From IMG/VR virus record IMGVR_UViG_2897358383_000002: a stretch of DNA of 64,000 bases. One strand, 5' to 3'. The DNA is from a virus (Duplodnaviria; Heunggongvirae; Uroviricota; Caudoviricetes). Of this stretch, positions 1-12,724 are shown one piece after another; positions within the stretch are counted from its first letter, which is position 1; each line of letters starts with the position of its first letter. The translations under genes and the position numbers were made by a program. Below the pieces are notes generated by a model, which was given only the letters and a program-made list of their open reading frames with translations, had not been told where the DNA came from and did not search any database.

Positions 1-551
1 ACTTCTTCAGGCATCAGGTGCATCATGTTGCGCATGAAAGCCCACCAGCACAGTTCCTGAATACTTAGAACATGGCCATCTGAAAGCCCCATTTCCTGAC
101 GGGCGACATCCAGTATCCAGTTAACGCGATTATTATGCAGCGTTTCTTTCAGCTCATTAAAACCACGCATCCGGTAATGGTTATCGTGATGCCAGCACAA
201 CAACACCGCGCTATTGTCTCGTTCTGCGTGGACAATATGGTTGTCACACCAGCTACGATCTGCGGCCTGGCATTGCCCCTCTTTCCTGCGCAACCACGCC
301 ACCAGCGCGTCAATTCCACCAATACGGCGAAACAGTTCATCGCTGTTAAAAAACGGCTGCAACGCCTCATTTGTTGCCATAGTTTGCTCGGAAACAACGA
401 GGCCGTCGTCCATGTGCTCGATTAACTCACGCGGCACCGGCTCCATAATAAATTTACGGCCAGCCTCCACCAGCTTTCTGACTTCCTGATCCACTTTGAA
501 TGTGGCGACGCCAAGCTCTTTTTGTACAAAGGGAGTAATTACGGCTTTCAC
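1..551 (-). CDS. hypothetical protein, truncated at window edge (C-terminal part lies beyond position 1); possibly a post-doc (pdc-like) gene
   Basis: Open frame on minus strand from GTG at 549-551 to the window start with no stops (about 183 codons); begins 28 nt downstream of the stop of the 579..779 ORF; absent from the ORF track because it runs off the window. Confidence 0.35.
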   Translation of the reverse strand, partial: MKAVITPFVQKELGVATFKVDQEVRKLVEAGRKFIMEPVPRELIEHMDDGLVVSEQTMATNEALQPFFNSDELFRRIGGIDALVAWLRRKEGQCQAADRSWCDNHIVHAERDNSAVLLCWHHDNHYRMRGFNELKETLHNNRVNWILDVARQEMGLSDGHVLSIQELCWWAFMRNMMHLMPEE

Positions 552-578
552 ATCACACCTTTCATCACTGATTGGGCT

Positions 579-779
579 TTATCTGCTGCCCGGCATTCTC
601 TGTTTAAGCACAACCATTTCCTGACGGCATAACACAGCAATAGCGGTCCTAGCACCAATTTGCTTACCAACCAGGTATTGCTTTACCTCGCGGCGACTCA
701 CGCCATCAAGAAGCATCTTTAACGCTTCACGGGACAATTTGTTGTATTTACGTGCCATTAATCTACTCCGCGGAACCAT
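579..779 (-). CDS. small basic putative DNA-binding protein (start may be the internal Met at 758)
   Basis: 66-aa ORF immediately downstream of doc on the same strand; basic, helix-turn-helix-like composition. Confidence 0.4.
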
Positions 780-1143
780 ACAATCTACGTAACGTGTCGG
801 CGACAGAAGATACAGATATCTCTCCGGTCGCAGCCCCTACGGTAAGGTCTGCCAGTTCTGGTGAATCAAATACCTGCACCCCGTTACGGCGTAGAAATAG
901 CAGCGCACTGTTTAGCGCGGTACGCTTATTGGCATCATTGAATATATGCCCTCTCGCTGTAGCCACCAGGTAGGTGGCGGAGACTTCGAAAAGGTCGGTG
1001 ATCTCTTCGTAGGCAACTCTGGCCTGAACTCTCCCGATAATGGCCTCTGCCCTACCCGGATCTGACATTCCCGGCAGGCCGCCGTAGCGGCTTATATTCG
1101 CATCATGAAGCGCAATAAGTTCTTCCGGTGATATATGCCTCAT
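763..1143 (-). CDS. doc: Doc toxin (Fic/Doc family)
   Basis: 126 aa; Doc-type Fic motif HIFNDANKR; start overlaps the stop of the upstream antitoxin gene, typical TA arrangement. Confidence 0.85.
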
Positions 1144-1364
1144 TATCGGTTAACCAGTTCCTTGTTGGTGGAGTCCAGGGTGTCAAACAGGGATGCAAAT
1201 TCAGCATCCAGCGCCGCTTTTTTGTAGGCTTCGAAAGTAGCCTTGCTGACAATTACTGCTGGCTCACGGCCTCTGCGGGTGATTTCAACCTCTTCCCCGG
1301 CCTCAACATTGTTGAGCACTTCAGAAAGGTTGCCGCGCGCGGTACGGAAGTTAATGGATTGCAT
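1143..1364 (-). CDS. phd: Phd antitoxin (Phd/YefM family)
   Basis: 73-aa ORF directly upstream of doc with overlapping stop/start; Phd-like N-terminal sequence. Confidence 0.8.
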
Positions 1365-1370
1365 AAATAC

Positions 1371-1396
1371 CTCGTGTACTCGTTATGTGTACACAA
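1371..1396. promoter_or_regulatory. putative phd-doc operator (palindromic GTGTACAC-type sites)
   Basis: Sequence cgtgtactcg...tgtgtacaca immediately upstream of the phd start; perfect 10-bp palindrome tgtgtacaca at 1386-1395. Confidence 0.35.
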
Positions 1397-1540
1397 TTAT
1401 AAACTTCACAGGCATAAAGCACCAGCACTTTGCGGCTTAACAAACCTCTAGGCAGGTCATTCGTAGCCTAATGTCCGAACTGCTAAAGCATCCAAGTTGC
1501 TGTAGAATCACATCCAATTACTTAAACCTGAAATAAGTGG

Positions 1541-3099
1541 ATGAAAATGACAAGTATTCAACAACGTGCAGAGCTTCATCGCCAGATCTGGCAAATTGCT
1601 AACGATGTCAGGGGTTCAGTCGATGGATGGGATTTTAAGCAGTACGTTTTGGGCGCGCTTTTTTACCGTTTTATCAGCGAAAATTTTTCCAGCTATATTG
1701 AAGCCGGTGATGACAGTATCTGTTATGCGAAACTGGATGACAGCGTAATTACTGATGACATTAAAGACGATGCCATCAAAACCAAAGGTTACTTCATCTA
1801 CCCCAGTCAGCTTTTCTGCAACGTAGCGGCGAAAGCAAATACCAATGACAGACTGAATGCGGATTTAAACAGCATCTTCGTTGCTATCGAAAGTTCTGCT
1901 TACGGTTATCCTTCAGAAGCTGACATCAAAGGTTTGTTTGCTGATTTCGATACAACCAGTAACCGCCTGGGGAATACCGTTAAGGATAAAAATGCCCGCC
2001 TGGCTGCGGTTCTGAAAGGGGTTGAAGGGTTAAAACTTGGTGACTTCCACGAACATCAGATTGACCTGTTCGGTGACGCCTATGAGTTCCTGATTTCTAA
2101 CTATGCGGCGAATGCCGGTAAGTCAGGCGGCGAGTTCTTTACACCGCAGCACGTCTCTAAGCTGATTGCACAACTGGCTATGCACGGGCAGACCCACGTT
2201 AACAAAATCTACGACCCGGCAGCAGGCTCCGGTTCGCTGTTGTTGCAGGCTAAAAAACAGTTTGATGACCATATCATCGAAGAAGGTTTTTTTGGTCAGG
2301 AAATCAACCATACGACCTATAACCTGGCGCGTATGAACATGTTTTTGCACAACATCAACTACGACAAGTTTGATATCAAGCTGGGTAATACACTGACTGA
2401 GCCGCACTTCAGAGATGAAAAACCGTTTGATGCCATCGTTTCTAACCCGCCGTATTCGGTGAAATGGATTGGCAGCGATGACCCGACGCTGATTAACGAT
2501 GAACGTTTTGCCCCGGCTGGCGTTCTGGCCCCCAAATCCAAAGCTGACTTTGCGTTTGTATTACATGCGCTGAACTATCTTTCGGCCAAAGGTCGCGCTG
2601 CGATTGTCTGCTTCCCAGGCATTTTTTACCGTGGCGGCGCGGAGCAGAAAATCCGTCAGTATCTGGTCGATAATAACTATGTCGAAACCGTGATTTCACT
2701 GGCTCCGAACCTGTTCTTTGGCACCACCATTGCCGTAAACATTCTGGTTCTGTCTAAACATAAAACGGATACCAAAGTTCAGTTTATTGACGCCAGCGAA
2801 CTGTTCAAAAAAGAGACTAACAACAACATCCTGACCGATGCCCATATCGAAAAAATTATGCAGGTATTTGCCAGCAAGGAAGATGTTGCTCATCTGGCGA
2901 AATCTGTTGCGTTTGAGACTGTTGTCGCGAATGACTATAACCTGTCGGTGAGCAGCTATGTGGAAGCGAAAGATACTCGCGAAATTATCGATATCGCTGA
3001 GCTGAATGCTGAGCTGAAAACCACGGTCAGCAAAATCGACCAGTTGCGCAAAGATATTGATGCGATTGTGGCTGAAATTGAAGGCTGCGAGGTGCAGAA

Positions 3100-3103
<4 letters not shown>
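1541..3103 (+). CDS. hsdM: Type I restriction-modification system N6-adenine methyltransferase subunit HsdM
   Basis: 520 aa; AdoMet motif [10 protein letters not shown] and catalytic NPPY ([12 protein letters not shown]); stop overlaps hsdS start. Confidence 0.9.
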
Positions 3104-4356
<1,253 letters not shown>

Positions 4357-4477
4357 TTGACCATTGCTACAGACCGGCTCACCTTAACATCCGGTCAGTA
4401 TATAGACTATTTTTTACGCGCCGGAAGTCACTCTTAACGCCCTTCCGGCTCTTGCCAGGCGGCACAAAGGATGCGCT

Positions 4478-7400
4478 ATGACTCATCAAACACACACCAT
4501 TGCTGAATCCAATAACTTTATCGTCCTTGATAAGTACATCAAAGCTGAGCAAACAAGCGACAGCTACCAGAGCGAATCGGACCTGGAACGTGAACTGATT
4601 CAGGACCTGCGGAATCAGGGTTATGAATTTATTTCCGTAAAATCACAGTCGGCAATGCTGTCTAATGTTCGGGAACAGCTTCAGAGCCTCAATGGTGTGA
4701 TGTTTAATGACAGCGAGTGGCGGCGCTTCACGGAGCAGTATCTGGACAACCCCAGCGATGGTATTCTGGATAAAACCCGTAAAATCCATATCGACTATAT
4801 CTGCGACTTTATTTTTGACGACGGGCGACTTGAGAACATCTATTTGATAGATAAAAAGAATCTCATGCGCAATAAGGTGCAGATTATCCAGCAGTTTGAA
4901 CAGACGGGTTCTCATGCTAACCGTTATGACGTCACGATCCTGGTTAATGGTTTACCGCTGGTGCAAATCGAACTAAAAAAACGCGGGGTGGCGATTCGTG
5001 AGGCTTTCAACCAGATACATCGTTACAGTAAAGAGAGTTTTAACAGCGAAAATTCCCTGTTTAAGTATCTGCAACTGTTTGTCATTTCTAACGGCACCGA
5101 TACCCGTTATTTTGCCAACACAACAAAGCGCGATAAAAACAGTTTTGACTTCACCATGAATTGGGCGAAATCAGACAACACGCTGATTAAAGACCTCAAA
5201 GACTTTACCGCTACCTTTTTCCAGAAACATACTCTGCTGAATGTTCTGGTGAACTACAGCGTTTTTGACAGTAGTCAGACGCTACTGGTGATGCGACCGT
5301 ACCAGATTGCCGCCACCGAACGAATCTTATGGAAAATCAACAGCTCCTATAAAGCGAAAAACTGGTCTAACCCCGAAAGCGGTGGCTTTATCTGGCACAC
5401 TACCGGTTCTGGTAAAACACTGACCAGCTTTAAAGCCGCGCGTCTGGCAACAGAACTGGACTTTATTGATAAAGTCTTCTTCGTGGTCGACAGGAAAGAC
5501 CTCGATTACCAGACCATGAAGGAATATCAGCGTTTTTCGCCAGACAGCGTCAACGGCTCGGAAAATACCGCAGGCCTTAAACGAAATCTGGATAAGGACG
5601 ATAACAAAATTATCGTCACTACTATTCAGAAACTCAATAACCTGATGAAAGCAGAAAGCGACCTGTCTGTATATAATCAGCAAGTGGTGTTTATATTTGA
5701 TGAATGCCACCGCAGCCAGTTTGGAGAAGCGCAGAAAAACCTGAAGAAGAAATTCAAACGCTATTATCAGTTTGGTTTTACCGGCACACCTATTTTCCCG
5801 GAAAACGCCTTAGGCTCAGAAACGACCGCCAGCGTATTTGGTCGTGAATTGCATTCGTATGTAATTACCGATGCGATTCGTGATGAAAAAGTGCTCAAAT
5901 TCAAGGTGGACTACAACGATGTGCGGCCACAGTTTAAGTCTTTAGAGACAGAAACTGACGAGAAAAAACTAAGTGCGGCTGAAAATCAGCAGGCGTTTCT
6001 TCATCCCATGCGTATACAGGAAATTACGCAATATATTCTGAATAACTTCCGCCAGAAGACCCACCGTACTTTCCCAGGTTCCAAAGGCTTTAATGCTATG
6101 TTGGCAGTGAGCAGCGTGGATGCTGCAAAAGCCTATTACGCGGCGTTTAAACGGTTACAAGAGGAAGCCGCTAATAAATCTGCAACTTATAAACCGCTGC
6201 GTGTTGCGACAATCTTCTCCTTTGCCGCTAATGAAGAACAAAATGCCATTGGTGAAATTTCCGATGAAACTTTTGATACCAGCGCAATGGACAGCAGTGC
6301 TAAAGAGTTTCTTGACGCTGCAATTCGTGAGTATAACAGCTATTTTAAAACTAACTTCAGCACCGACGGTAACGGTTTTCAGAACTACTATCGCGATTTA
6401 GCCCAACGGGTTAAAAATCAGGATATCGATCTGTTAATTGTCGTGGGGATGTTTTTAACTGGCTTCGATGCTCCAACATTGAACACGCTATTCGTCGATA
6501 AAAACCTGCGTTTTCACGGCTTGATGCAGGCATTTTCCCGCACCAACCGTATTTATGATGCAACTAAAACCTTCGGTAATATCGTCACTTTCCGGGATCT
6601 GGAACGCTCAACTATTGATGCCATAACGCTGTTTGGTGACAAAAACACCAAAAATGTGGTTTTAGAAAAGAGTTATGCAGAGTATATGGAAGGCTTTACT
6701 GATGCTGCCACTGGTGAAGCTAAGCGCGGCTTTATGGCAGTAGTTTCAGAACTGGAACAACGGTTCCCTGACCCTGCCAGTATTGAAAGTGAAAAAGAGA
6801 AGAAAGACTTCGTTAAACTGTTTGGTGAATACCTGCGTGCCGAGAACATCCTGCAAAACTATGATGAATTTGCCACGCTGAAAGCCCTGCAACAAATCGA
6901 TCTTAGCGATCCTGTTGCGGTAGAAAAATTCAAAGAAGAACATTATGTGGATGATGAAAAGTTCGCTGAATTGCAAACGATTCGTCTCCCTGCTGAACGC
7001 AAGATTCAGGATTATCGTTCTGCCTATAACGATATTCGTGACTGGCAGCGCCGCGAGAAAGAAGCTGATAAAAAAGAAAAATCAACCACTGACTGGGATG
7101 ACGTGGTTTTTGAGGTCGATTTGCTGAAGTCTCAGGAAATAAACCTGGATTATATCCTTGGACTGATTTTCGAACACAACAGACAAAATAAAGGCAAGGG
7201 CGAAATGATCGAAGAGGTCAAACGCTTAATTCGTTCAAGCCTGGGGAACCGGGCGAAAGAGGGCCTGGTGGTCGATTTTATTCAGCAAACGAACCTGGAT
7301 GATTTACCAGACAAAGCCAGTATCATTGAGGCATTCTTTACGTTTGCTCAACGCGAACAGCAACGTGAAGCAGAAGCATTGATAAAAGAAGAAAATCTCA

Positions 7401-7594
7401 ATGAAGATGCAGCAAAACGCTATATTCGCACGTCTTTAAAACGCGAATACGCCACCGAAAATGGCACAGAATTAAACGAAACATTACCAAAACTTAGTCC
7501 GTTGAATCCGCAATATAAAACGAAAAAACAGGCAGTTTTCCAGAAAATCGTCTCGTTTATTGAGAAGTTTAAAGGCGTAGGCGGAAAAATATAG
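4478..7594 (+). CDS. hsdR: Type I R-M restriction endonuclease/translocase subunit HsdR
   Basis: 1038 aa; Walker A TGSGKT, DEAD-like FDECHR, N-terminal nuclease-like region; length fits Type IC HsdR. Confidence 0.9.
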   Translation: MTHQTHTIAESNNFIVLDKYIKAEQTSDSYQSESDLERELIQDLRNQGYEFISVKSQSAMLSNVREQLQSLNGVMFNDSEWRRFTEQYLDNPSDGILDKTRKIHIDYICDFIFDDGRLENIYLIDKKNLMRNKVQIIQQFEQTGSHANRYDVTILVNGLPLVQIELKKRGVAIREAFNQIHRYSKESFNSENSLFKYLQLFVISNGTDTRYFANTTKRDKNSFDFTMNWAKSDNTLIKDLKDFTATFFQKHTLLNVLVNYSVFDSSQTLLVMRPYQIAATERILWKINSSYKAKNWSNPESGGFIWHTTGSGKTLTSFKAARLATELDFIDKVFFVVDRKDLDYQTMKEYQRFSPDSVNGSENTAGLKRNLDKDDNKIIVTTIQKLNNLMKAESDLSVYNQQVVFIFDECHRSQFGEAQKNLKKKFKRYYQFGFTGTPIFPENALGSETTASVFGRELHSYVITDAIRDEKVLKFKVDYNDVRPQFKSLETETDEKKLSAAENQQAFLHPMRIQEITQYILNNFRQKTHRTFPGSKGFNAMLAVSSVDAAKAYYAAFKRLQEEAANKSATYKPLRVATIFSFAANEEQNAIGEISDETFDTSAMDSSAKEFLDAAIREYNSYFKTNFSTDGNGFQNYYRDLAQRVKNQDIDLLIVVGMFLTGFDAPTLNTLFVDKNLRFHGLMQAFSRTNRIYDATKTFGNIVTFRDLERSTIDAITLFGDKNTKNVVLEKSYAEYMEGFTDAATGEAKRGFMAVVSELEQRFPDPASIESEKEKKDFVKLFGEYLRAENILQNYDEFATLKALQQIDLSDPVAVEKFKEEHYVDDEKFAELQTIRLPAERKIQDYRSAYNDIRDWQRREKEADKKEKSTTDWDDVVFEVDLLKSQEINLDYILGLIFEHNRQNKGKGEMIEEVKRLIRSSLGNRAKEGLVVDFIQQTNLDDLPDKASIIEAFFTFAQREQQREAEALIKEENLNEDAAKRYIRTSLKREYATENGTELNETLPKLSPLNPQYKTKKQAVFQKIVSFIEKFKGVGGKI

Positions 7595-7610
7595 CCCAAT
7601 TCGTATTTTT

Positions 7611-7638
7611 CTTGCGGGTTCTTAATTAAACCCGCAAG
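7611..7638. terminator. hairpin downstream of hsdR (possible terminator)
   Basis: Inverted repeat cttgcgggtt / aacccgcaag with 8-nt loop; T-run lies upstream rather than downstream, so orientation and efficiency are unclear. Confidence 0.3.
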
Positions 7639-7673
7639 AGACCGTGGGGTTCCAAATGGCTAATATACTCCCC

Positions 7674-7760
7674 TTACCCATGAGCGACGATGCCGCCAAA
7701 AGTGATAGAGAACAGCCAGAAATAGATCGCGGTCATAATGATTTTGAATGCCGTGTTCAT
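7674..7760 (-). CDS. small hydrophobic peptide (28 aa, MNTAFKIIMTAIYFWLFSITFGGIVAHG)
   Basis: Short ORF with upstream GGAG-like RBS, downstream of a C1-operator-like site; not in ORF track (below size cutoff). Confidence 0.25.
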   Translation of the reverse strand: MNTAFKIIMTAIYFWLFSITFGGIVAHG

Positions 7761-7843
7761 ATCTTCAGCTCCTGTGATTGATTGGATACATGCCGCGCCC
7801 TTGCGGCATGTTTTTATTTTCACTTTCTCTGTTTTAAAAATCA

Positions 7844-7860
7844 ATATTTATTAGAGCAAT
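7844..7860 (-). promoter_or_regulatory. C1-repressor operator-like site
   Basis: Reverse complement attgctctaataaatat matches P1 C1 operator consensus ATTGCTCTAATAAATTT at 16/17. Confidence 0.55.
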
Positions 7861-8366
7861 TATTGTTGATGGAGAAGCGCGTTTTCATACTCCCTGACCA
7901 TTAACGTAAGCACGCCGTGCCTCCTGAAAACACGCGCCACTTCAATCTTATCTTCCAGCGCGAACGCGATTTTACTTAGACCAATTTTCTTAAGGAGATC
8001 AATCTTTGCTTGGCCGTCATTTCTGTCATCGGTGGCAGGACGCATAGATAGCAAAGGCTCAGCCCCGTTTGTTACGTACTTCCGCAGCCAGGCTCGTGTT
8101 TTATCCCTTGCGATCTCACAGCGCCCGGTTACAAACCAGACCGTGTAAACGTTAAATAACTGGCGCACAATATCAATAACTGGAGTTATGGGAGTATCAG
8201 TGTCACAGGCGAGATTAAACTCGTTCCAGTCCTTTGTTAATGCACCTTTACCTGGTGGCGGAAGCAAATGCAGTCTGTCTTCAGTTGCCTCTGATATTGT
8301 TCCATCAATATCAACTATGACGATATACGGACGTTCCTGGTGTGCGTGTTTATTGAAAATACTCAA
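7860..8366 (-). CDS. HAD-superfamily phosphatase-like protein
   Basis: 168 aa; N-terminal HAD motif I IVIVDIDGT and downstream VTGR/D-rich motifs. Confidence 0.55.
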   Translation of the reverse strand: MSIFNKHAHQERPYIVIVDIDGTISEATEDRLHLLPPPGKGALTKDWNEFNLACDTDTPITPVIDIVRQLFNVYTVWFVTGRCEIARDKTRAWLRKYVTNGAEPLLSMRPATDDRNDGQAKIDLLKKIGLSKIAFALEDKIEVARVFRRHGVLTLMVREYENALLHQQ

Positions 8367-8438
8367 ATGCCCTCCTCATTGGACGAAAAAAATGCTGGTG
8401 GGCGCACTCCACCAGCATTAAAAGTGACACTGTAACTG

Positions 8439-9701
8439 TCAGCGAACATAAATAGTGCCGCCGTTCTCTTTTTCCCATGCATCGCTACGTGCATAGCAAA
8501 CATCGAGAAGTCTTCTTGCCGCTGTTTCCTCTAAACCCAATTCGACAACCAACTGCTCATGACGGCGGGTAACCACATCAAACAGGGTATGCAGCCCTTT
8601 AGCTGCCAGATCATCAATAAATTCCGGTTCGAACGGCAGCTCTGCCTCTGCCAACATAACCTCTTGCGCCCACTCAACTCGACGGACCAGTTCCGGGCGG
8701 CGGCTTTCCATCTCTTTACAGATCAATTCATGGAAGAACTCTACCCAACCTTCCGGCTGGAACTCGCGGAAAATGGCCAACGGCTGGAAGTTTGGCATCA
8801 ACCATTCGTTGATCCGGATATCAATGGCATAGCCCATGTCGCAGCAGAACTGATAAGCAAAGTCCAGCTTAGAAACGATATAAGGACGCTCGTTATTGAA
8901 CTCTTTAGGCGATGAGATCCCATAAGCCAGGAGGCGCGGGAAGAAGGAGATTTGCCCTAACGTCGGATGAAGTTTGCTTGCAGGGAAACGGCGCTCAGTA
9001 ATGCCATACATTTCCTTCTTGAGCGTCGCAAATTTGGCATTCTCATTAACCAGCGCGGTAACCTCTGCTTTTTTATTAGCAAATGCCACGCGCGCTTCGC
9101 TTGCATCTTTAATAGTTTTTTTGAGCTGTTGGTTAAGGTCGGCGACCTGCTTACGCAGTTCCTGTCGCTCGCTTTTAGCTTTGTTATAGCGTTTCTCAAG
9201 GTTAAAAGGATCAAGTTTCATGATCTCTTTATATTGAGATTTTAGCGTTGAAATCTGTGAGTTCCGCAGTTCAACCATCGCGGTCATTTCATTGAGTTTT
9301 GTTTCCAGCTCAATGCTTATACGTTCGGCATTATCAGCACGCTGGTTGGCGTCATGCGTCGCATCGTCGATCGCGTCCTGTTGCTGGCGTTTCAAATGTT
9401 CAATTTGCAGCTGAAGCTCTTCAATTTCTTTACCCTTCAGACCGAGATCCAACTGCATATTTTCAGCTGCATCTACCAGGGAGTTATGGCTATCAGCTTC
9501 TGCGTTATAAACATCAATAAGCTGTGCGTGAAGCATCTCCGCTGACTGAACCGCATTATCAAAAAAACGTGCTGTGAGGTCATCACAACTAACGCGGCGT
9601 TGCGCGGCCCGGATGTTCTGGATAATGGCCGGGATACCGGCATTCAGGACATCAGGGATAGATACATTTTCGATTGATTGGTTTTGTGCTGAAGTGCTCA
9701 T
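8439..9701 (-). CDS. hypothetical protein with long N-terminal coiled coil
   Basis: 420-aa ORF; heptad-rich charged N-terminal half; no enzymatic motif recognised. Confidence 0.55.
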   Translation of the reverse strand: MSTSAQNQSIENVSIPDVLNAGIPAIIQNIRAAQRRVSCDDLTARFFDNAVQSAEMLHAQLIDVYNAEADSHNSLVDAAENMQLDLGLKGKEIEELQLQIEHLKRQQQDAIDDATHDANQRADNAERISIELETKLNEMTAMVELRNSQISTLKSQYKEIMKLDPFNLEKRYNKAKSERQELRKQVADLNQQLKKTIKDASEARVAFANKKAEVTALVNENAKFATLKKEMYGITERRFPASKLHPTLGQISFFPRLLAYGISSPKEFNNERPYIVSKLDFAYQFCCDMGYAIDIRINEWLMPNFQPLAIFREFQPEGWVEFFHELICKEMESRRPELVRRVEWAQEVMLAEAELPFEPEFIDDLAAKGLHTLFDVVTRRHEQLVVELGLEETAARRLLDVCYARSDAWEKENGGTIYVR

Positions 9702-9702
9702 T

Positions 9703-9921
9703 TCAAAGTTCCGTATTAGCTTGTGCTTCGGTCATTTTTCCTAAGTATGAAGGTGGAAGGACTACGCAATTTGTATCCAGTCCCTCACCTATGGCAGCCT
9801 GTAAAATTCTGGCTAAGGTGAGTCTCTTGTTGCGATACCTGGTGATGACATGCCTGATACCGCCGGTCGGCGTAACAAAGGCGATCAGCCAGTAGTGATA
9901 TTTCCGTCGGAATGGCCACAT
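9703..9921 (-). CDS. hypothetical small protein
   Basis: 72-aa ORF ending 2 nt before the start of the 420-aa gene, same strand, downstream of a pair of C1 operator-like sites. Confidence 0.3.
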   Translation of the reverse strand: MWPFRRKYHYWLIAFVTPTGGIRHVITRYRNKRLTLARILQAAIGEGLDTNCVVLPPSYLGKMTEAQANTEL

Positions 9922-9935
9922 AGTGCACCTTGTAG

Positions 9936-9952
9936 ATTGCTCTAATAAAAAA
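9936..9952 (+). promoter_or_regulatory. C1-repressor operator-like site
   Basis: attgctctaataaaaaa, 15/17 to consensus. Confidence 0.5.
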
Positions 9953-9984
9953 CGTGATGAGTGTACATCACGTTTTAAAAATAT

Positions 9985-10001
9985 GGAATTATTAGAGCAA
10001 T
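9985..10001 (-). promoter_or_regulatory. C1-repressor operator-like site (inverted partner of 9936..9952)
   Basis: Reverse complement attgctctaataattcc, 14/17 to consensus; paired inverted arrangement. Confidence 0.5.
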
Positions 10002-10002
10002 A

Positions 10003-10704
10003 TTATTCTGATTCTCGCTCAAAAAATGAGCTGATAAGGGGAAGCCAATCCTCTGACACTTCGCGAGGTCGCGGTTTGCCGTGGAAAAAGATTATTCGGC
10101 AGTCTTTTGGTAATGCCCCATTCCCCCTGGAGTAACGCGCGCTCGCATATTTTGAACCAGGTTCCACAACATCGGCCTTGTAACTTACAAACCATCCTGG
10201 ATACAGATCCTGAAATGCTGGTGTATCATCGCCCATAACCTTTCGTAAGAACCCCTGGTCACCCCAGCACTCAGTAGTGACACAACGAGAAATCCAACCT
10301 TCCGGATCTTGCCAGAATGAACTCCAGATATGCGCTTTAACACTATTTGGTATCCACAGGGCACCGCTGCCACGATATTGTGGATGGTAAAAATCCCTAA
10401 GCATGGTGAAGCTGGTTGGTGGATGCTCTAGGATTGGGCGTATATCACCGGCAATAACCGTGTCCAAATCCAGATAGAACAGATCATCGGTTATATCCGG
10501 TCGGAACAACTCTATTTTCGCCCACCAGCCACGGTACTTTTGCCACTGGTTGATCAATGGGACAACTTTGACGCCAGGTACATGTAAACGCTTCAGGTCT
10601 GTCAGGCAAATAATTTCATAGCCTTTTGGCAGTTGATTAACCAGCCACTGCACATCGGAAGCGTTATAGTCACCACCAGAGCGAAAAACTAAAGCAATCT
10701 TCAT
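10003..10704 (-). CDS. putative nucleotide-sugar glycosyltransferase-like protein (DxD motif)
   Basis: 233 aa; YLDLDTV DxD-like motif; overlaps the start of the next gene (operon). Confidence 0.45.
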   Translation of the reverse strand: MKIALVFRSGGDYNASDVQWLVNQLPKGYEIICLTDLKRLHVPGVKVVPLINQWQKYRGWWAKIELFRPDITDDLFYLDLDTVIAGDIRPILEHPPTSFTMLRDFYHPQYRGSGALWIPNSVKAHIWSSFWQDPEGWISRCVTTECWGDQGFLRKVMGDDTPAFQDLYPGWFVSYKADVVEPGSKYASARYSRGNGALPKDCRIIFFHGKPRPREVSEDWLPLISSFFERESE

Positions 10705-11393
10705 GCTGCACCATCACCTTTCACTTTCATCAATGTCAGGTTTCCGCAAAATACGGCACCAGTGTCGATATACTGCTGATTCCAGAATGTCTTCGGGCTT
10801 TTCACCGGAGTGTGACCAAAGATAAAACGATCTGCGCCCGAAATTTCGCCACCAATATCATCCATCGAATCACTGATACGCTCGCGCGCCCAGACAACGT
10901 TGAAAAGCGGCACCTCCTTACCGAATTGGTATTCATTATCCGGATAGTCGGCATGGGCTATAACGATAGTTTCTTGCCCGGTGTTCAACTCAATGATATA
11001 GGGCAGACGCTTTACCAGCTCCACCAGCGCCCAGGCTAATATTTCCTGATCAGTGTCCAGCATGAAGAACCATTGTCCGCCATTCATTAGCCAGTTATTC
11101 ACGTTGCCATCTGGACTTAACGCATCAATCATCAGCCGCTCATGGTTCCCCATCACTGCCCTGAACCAGGGCATCTGCAATAGTTCCAGACATTCGACAT
11201 TTTCAGTACCGCGATCAATAAGGTCGCCGACCGATATCAGTAAATCCTGCGCCGGGTCAAAATCCACACGATGGAGTTCGGACATCAGTCTGGTGTAGCA
11301 ACCATGCAGATCACCAACAACCCAGACATTCCTGTATTTGGTACCGTCGATACGGTGATAAATTGTGGGTGCCATCATGTATTCTTCAGCCAT
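10701..11393 (-). CDS. ppp: Ser/Thr protein phosphatase (lambda PPase-like metallophosphoesterase)
   Basis: 230 aa; calcineurin-like motifs GDLHG, GDLIDRG, GNHE. Confidence 0.8.
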   Translation of the reverse strand: MAEEYMMAPTIYHRIDGTKYRNVWVVGDLHGCYTRLMSELHRVDFDPAQDLLISVGDLIDRGTENVECLELLQMPWFRAVMGNHERLMIDALSPDGNVNNWLMNGGQWFFMLDTDQEILAWALVELVKRLPYIIELNTGQETIVIAHADYPDNEYQFGKEVPLFNVVWARERISDSMDDIGGEISGADRFIFGHTPVKSPKTFWNQQYIDTGAVFCGNLTLMKVKGDGAA

Positions 11394-12001
11394 TCTTTAA
11401 GAGTCATCTGCGGAATACCTCCCATTTTCCCGCATGAAACAACGTCAATCTGTTCACGCGCAGACTGGAATAACAAAGGCAGGTGACTTAGATTTTTTGG
11501 CGTGCCGCCGGAGTGAACGCGTGGTTCTTGTGTAGCGTCAACGCCCACCAGGGCGACATGTTTGAATCCGATATGGAAAGCCAGGTTCAGAGCGCCATAT
11601 GCACTATTGCCGCTGGCAATTTCATTCTCATCTTCGCAAAGTCCGAAATGTGCGGACCAGCGCCACGCCCACCACTCGGGAGAATTCATATTTTTTGGCT
11701 CCATGCCACGTTCAGCCACACGACGGAAGCACAGAACGCCGTCTCTGACTTCACGTTCTTTAACATCGGGTAGTGCCATGCAATAACAAACACCACGGCG
11801 ACGGCGGCCACGACCAACGCGCCGCATATTGTCTGCCGATGGATCAAGTGTGAAAAAATAAGAAGCGCGGTTCAGCCAGTCGATGGCCCCATTGACCGCT
11901 ATAATCGGCACTCCGCGCGGCGCAACAAAGTTTGCGGCGCTTGGGCCACTGCCGACGATAATAACGCGATCACTGCCTCTAAATTTATTCTTGGGAAACA
12001 T
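11375..12001 (-). CDS. Rossmann-like GSGPS-motif protein (Maf/DUF115/MptE-like), paralog A
   Basis: 208 aa; IIVGSGPS...IIAVNGA motif; paralogous to the adjacent upstream gene; predicted start overlaps upstream gene by about 100 nt. Confidence 0.5.
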   Translation of the reverse strand: MFPKNKFRGSDRVIIVGSGPSAANFVAPRGVPIIAVNGAIDWLNRASYFFTLDPSADNMRRVGRGRRRRGVCYCMALPDVKEREVRDGVLCFRRVAERGMEPKNMNSPEWWAWRWSAHFGLCEDENEIASGNSAYGALNLAFHIGFKHVALVGVDATQEPRVHSGGTPKNLSHLPLLFQSAREQIDVVSCGKMGGIPQMTLKEWLKNT

Positions 12002-12561
12002 TGAATTGCACTGCTCCTACTTGCATTCAAAATATGTAAATCTGCGTGTTTTTTGCGGGTATCCAGGAACTGCTGTTGCCATTTTGAAATAGACACCTGC
12101 GTTGGATTCCGTAGTGCTTGAGGGTGCGCGCCATGCCAATGAAGGCCGTTTTGCAGAGAACAGTCATAGCCGACTAATACCACTACTTCAGCCCCTGATT
12201 CAGCAGCCAGACTGATAGCCTGCGCGCCGCTATTTACCCCTTCCGCCGGTCCACAATATCGCCTGTACTCCAACGAAAATGATTTCGCCGCCGCCAGGTT
12301 GGCTGTCACTTTGCGGAATCTCCCTCCCGGTATGGTGGATCCGTATTGCTTCCACCATGACAAATCACCGGCGTATAAGGCATAAATGTCATCGAACATC
12401 TGCCAGGAATTGTTAACCGCGATGATTGAACAGCCAGTTTTTTCTATAGCAGCACAGTCCTCACGAGTGAGTGACGGACCGCTACCGACACAAAAAACAG
12501 TCCTAGTCGCCCTGGGTGGTATGTTCATTCTCAGCTGCAAATTCAGCCTCCAGGCGAGCAT
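11899..12561 (-). CDS. Rossmann-like GSGPS-motif protein (Maf/DUF115/MptE-like), paralog B
   Basis: 220 aa; FCVGSGPS...IIAVNNS and VVVLVGYD motifs aligning with paralog A. Confidence 0.5.
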   Translation of the reverse strand: MLAWRLNLQLRMNIPPRATRTVFCVGSGPSLTREDCAAIEKTGCSIIAVNNSWQMFDDIYALYAGDLSWWKQYGSTIPGGRFRKVTANLAAAKSFSLEYRRYCGPAEGVNSGAQAISLAAESGAEVVVLVGYDCSLQNGLHWHGAHPQALRNPTQVSISKWQQQFLDTRKKHADLHILNASRSSAIQCFPRINLEAVIALLSSAVAQAPQTLLRRAECRL

Positions 12562-12724
12562 TCATTTCAGCGATTACCGGGTCCACTACAGCATCTGCTT
12601 CCTGTTCATTACGCGGCATGATCGATGCCAGCGATTCATAATTAGCCTTGGATGACACGATTATTCTCCCGATGTTAATGTGCGCTGTATCAAAGAACAC
12701 ATATGCACTAATTAATTTATTATT

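Noticed and set aside
135-489. Plus-strand ORFs 135..425 and 214..489 from the ORF track
   Set aside because: They overlap a longer uninterrupted minus-strand frame that runs from 551 to the window edge and sits in operon context with phd-doc; the plus-strand ORFs have no RBS context and were judged antisense artefacts.
4357-4477. Possible hsdR promoter or an extra small gene (for example a prrC-like anticodon nuclease) between hsdS and hsdR
   Set aside because: The gap is only about 120 bp with no ORF; a -35/-10 pair with proper spacing could not be placed confidently by eye, so no promoter is annotated.
12503-12700. 65-aa minus-strand ORF overlapping the start of the 220-aa GSGPS paralog
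   Set aside because: It overlaps the neighbouring gene start by about 60 nt, is acidic and low in complexity, and has no clear RBS; not called.
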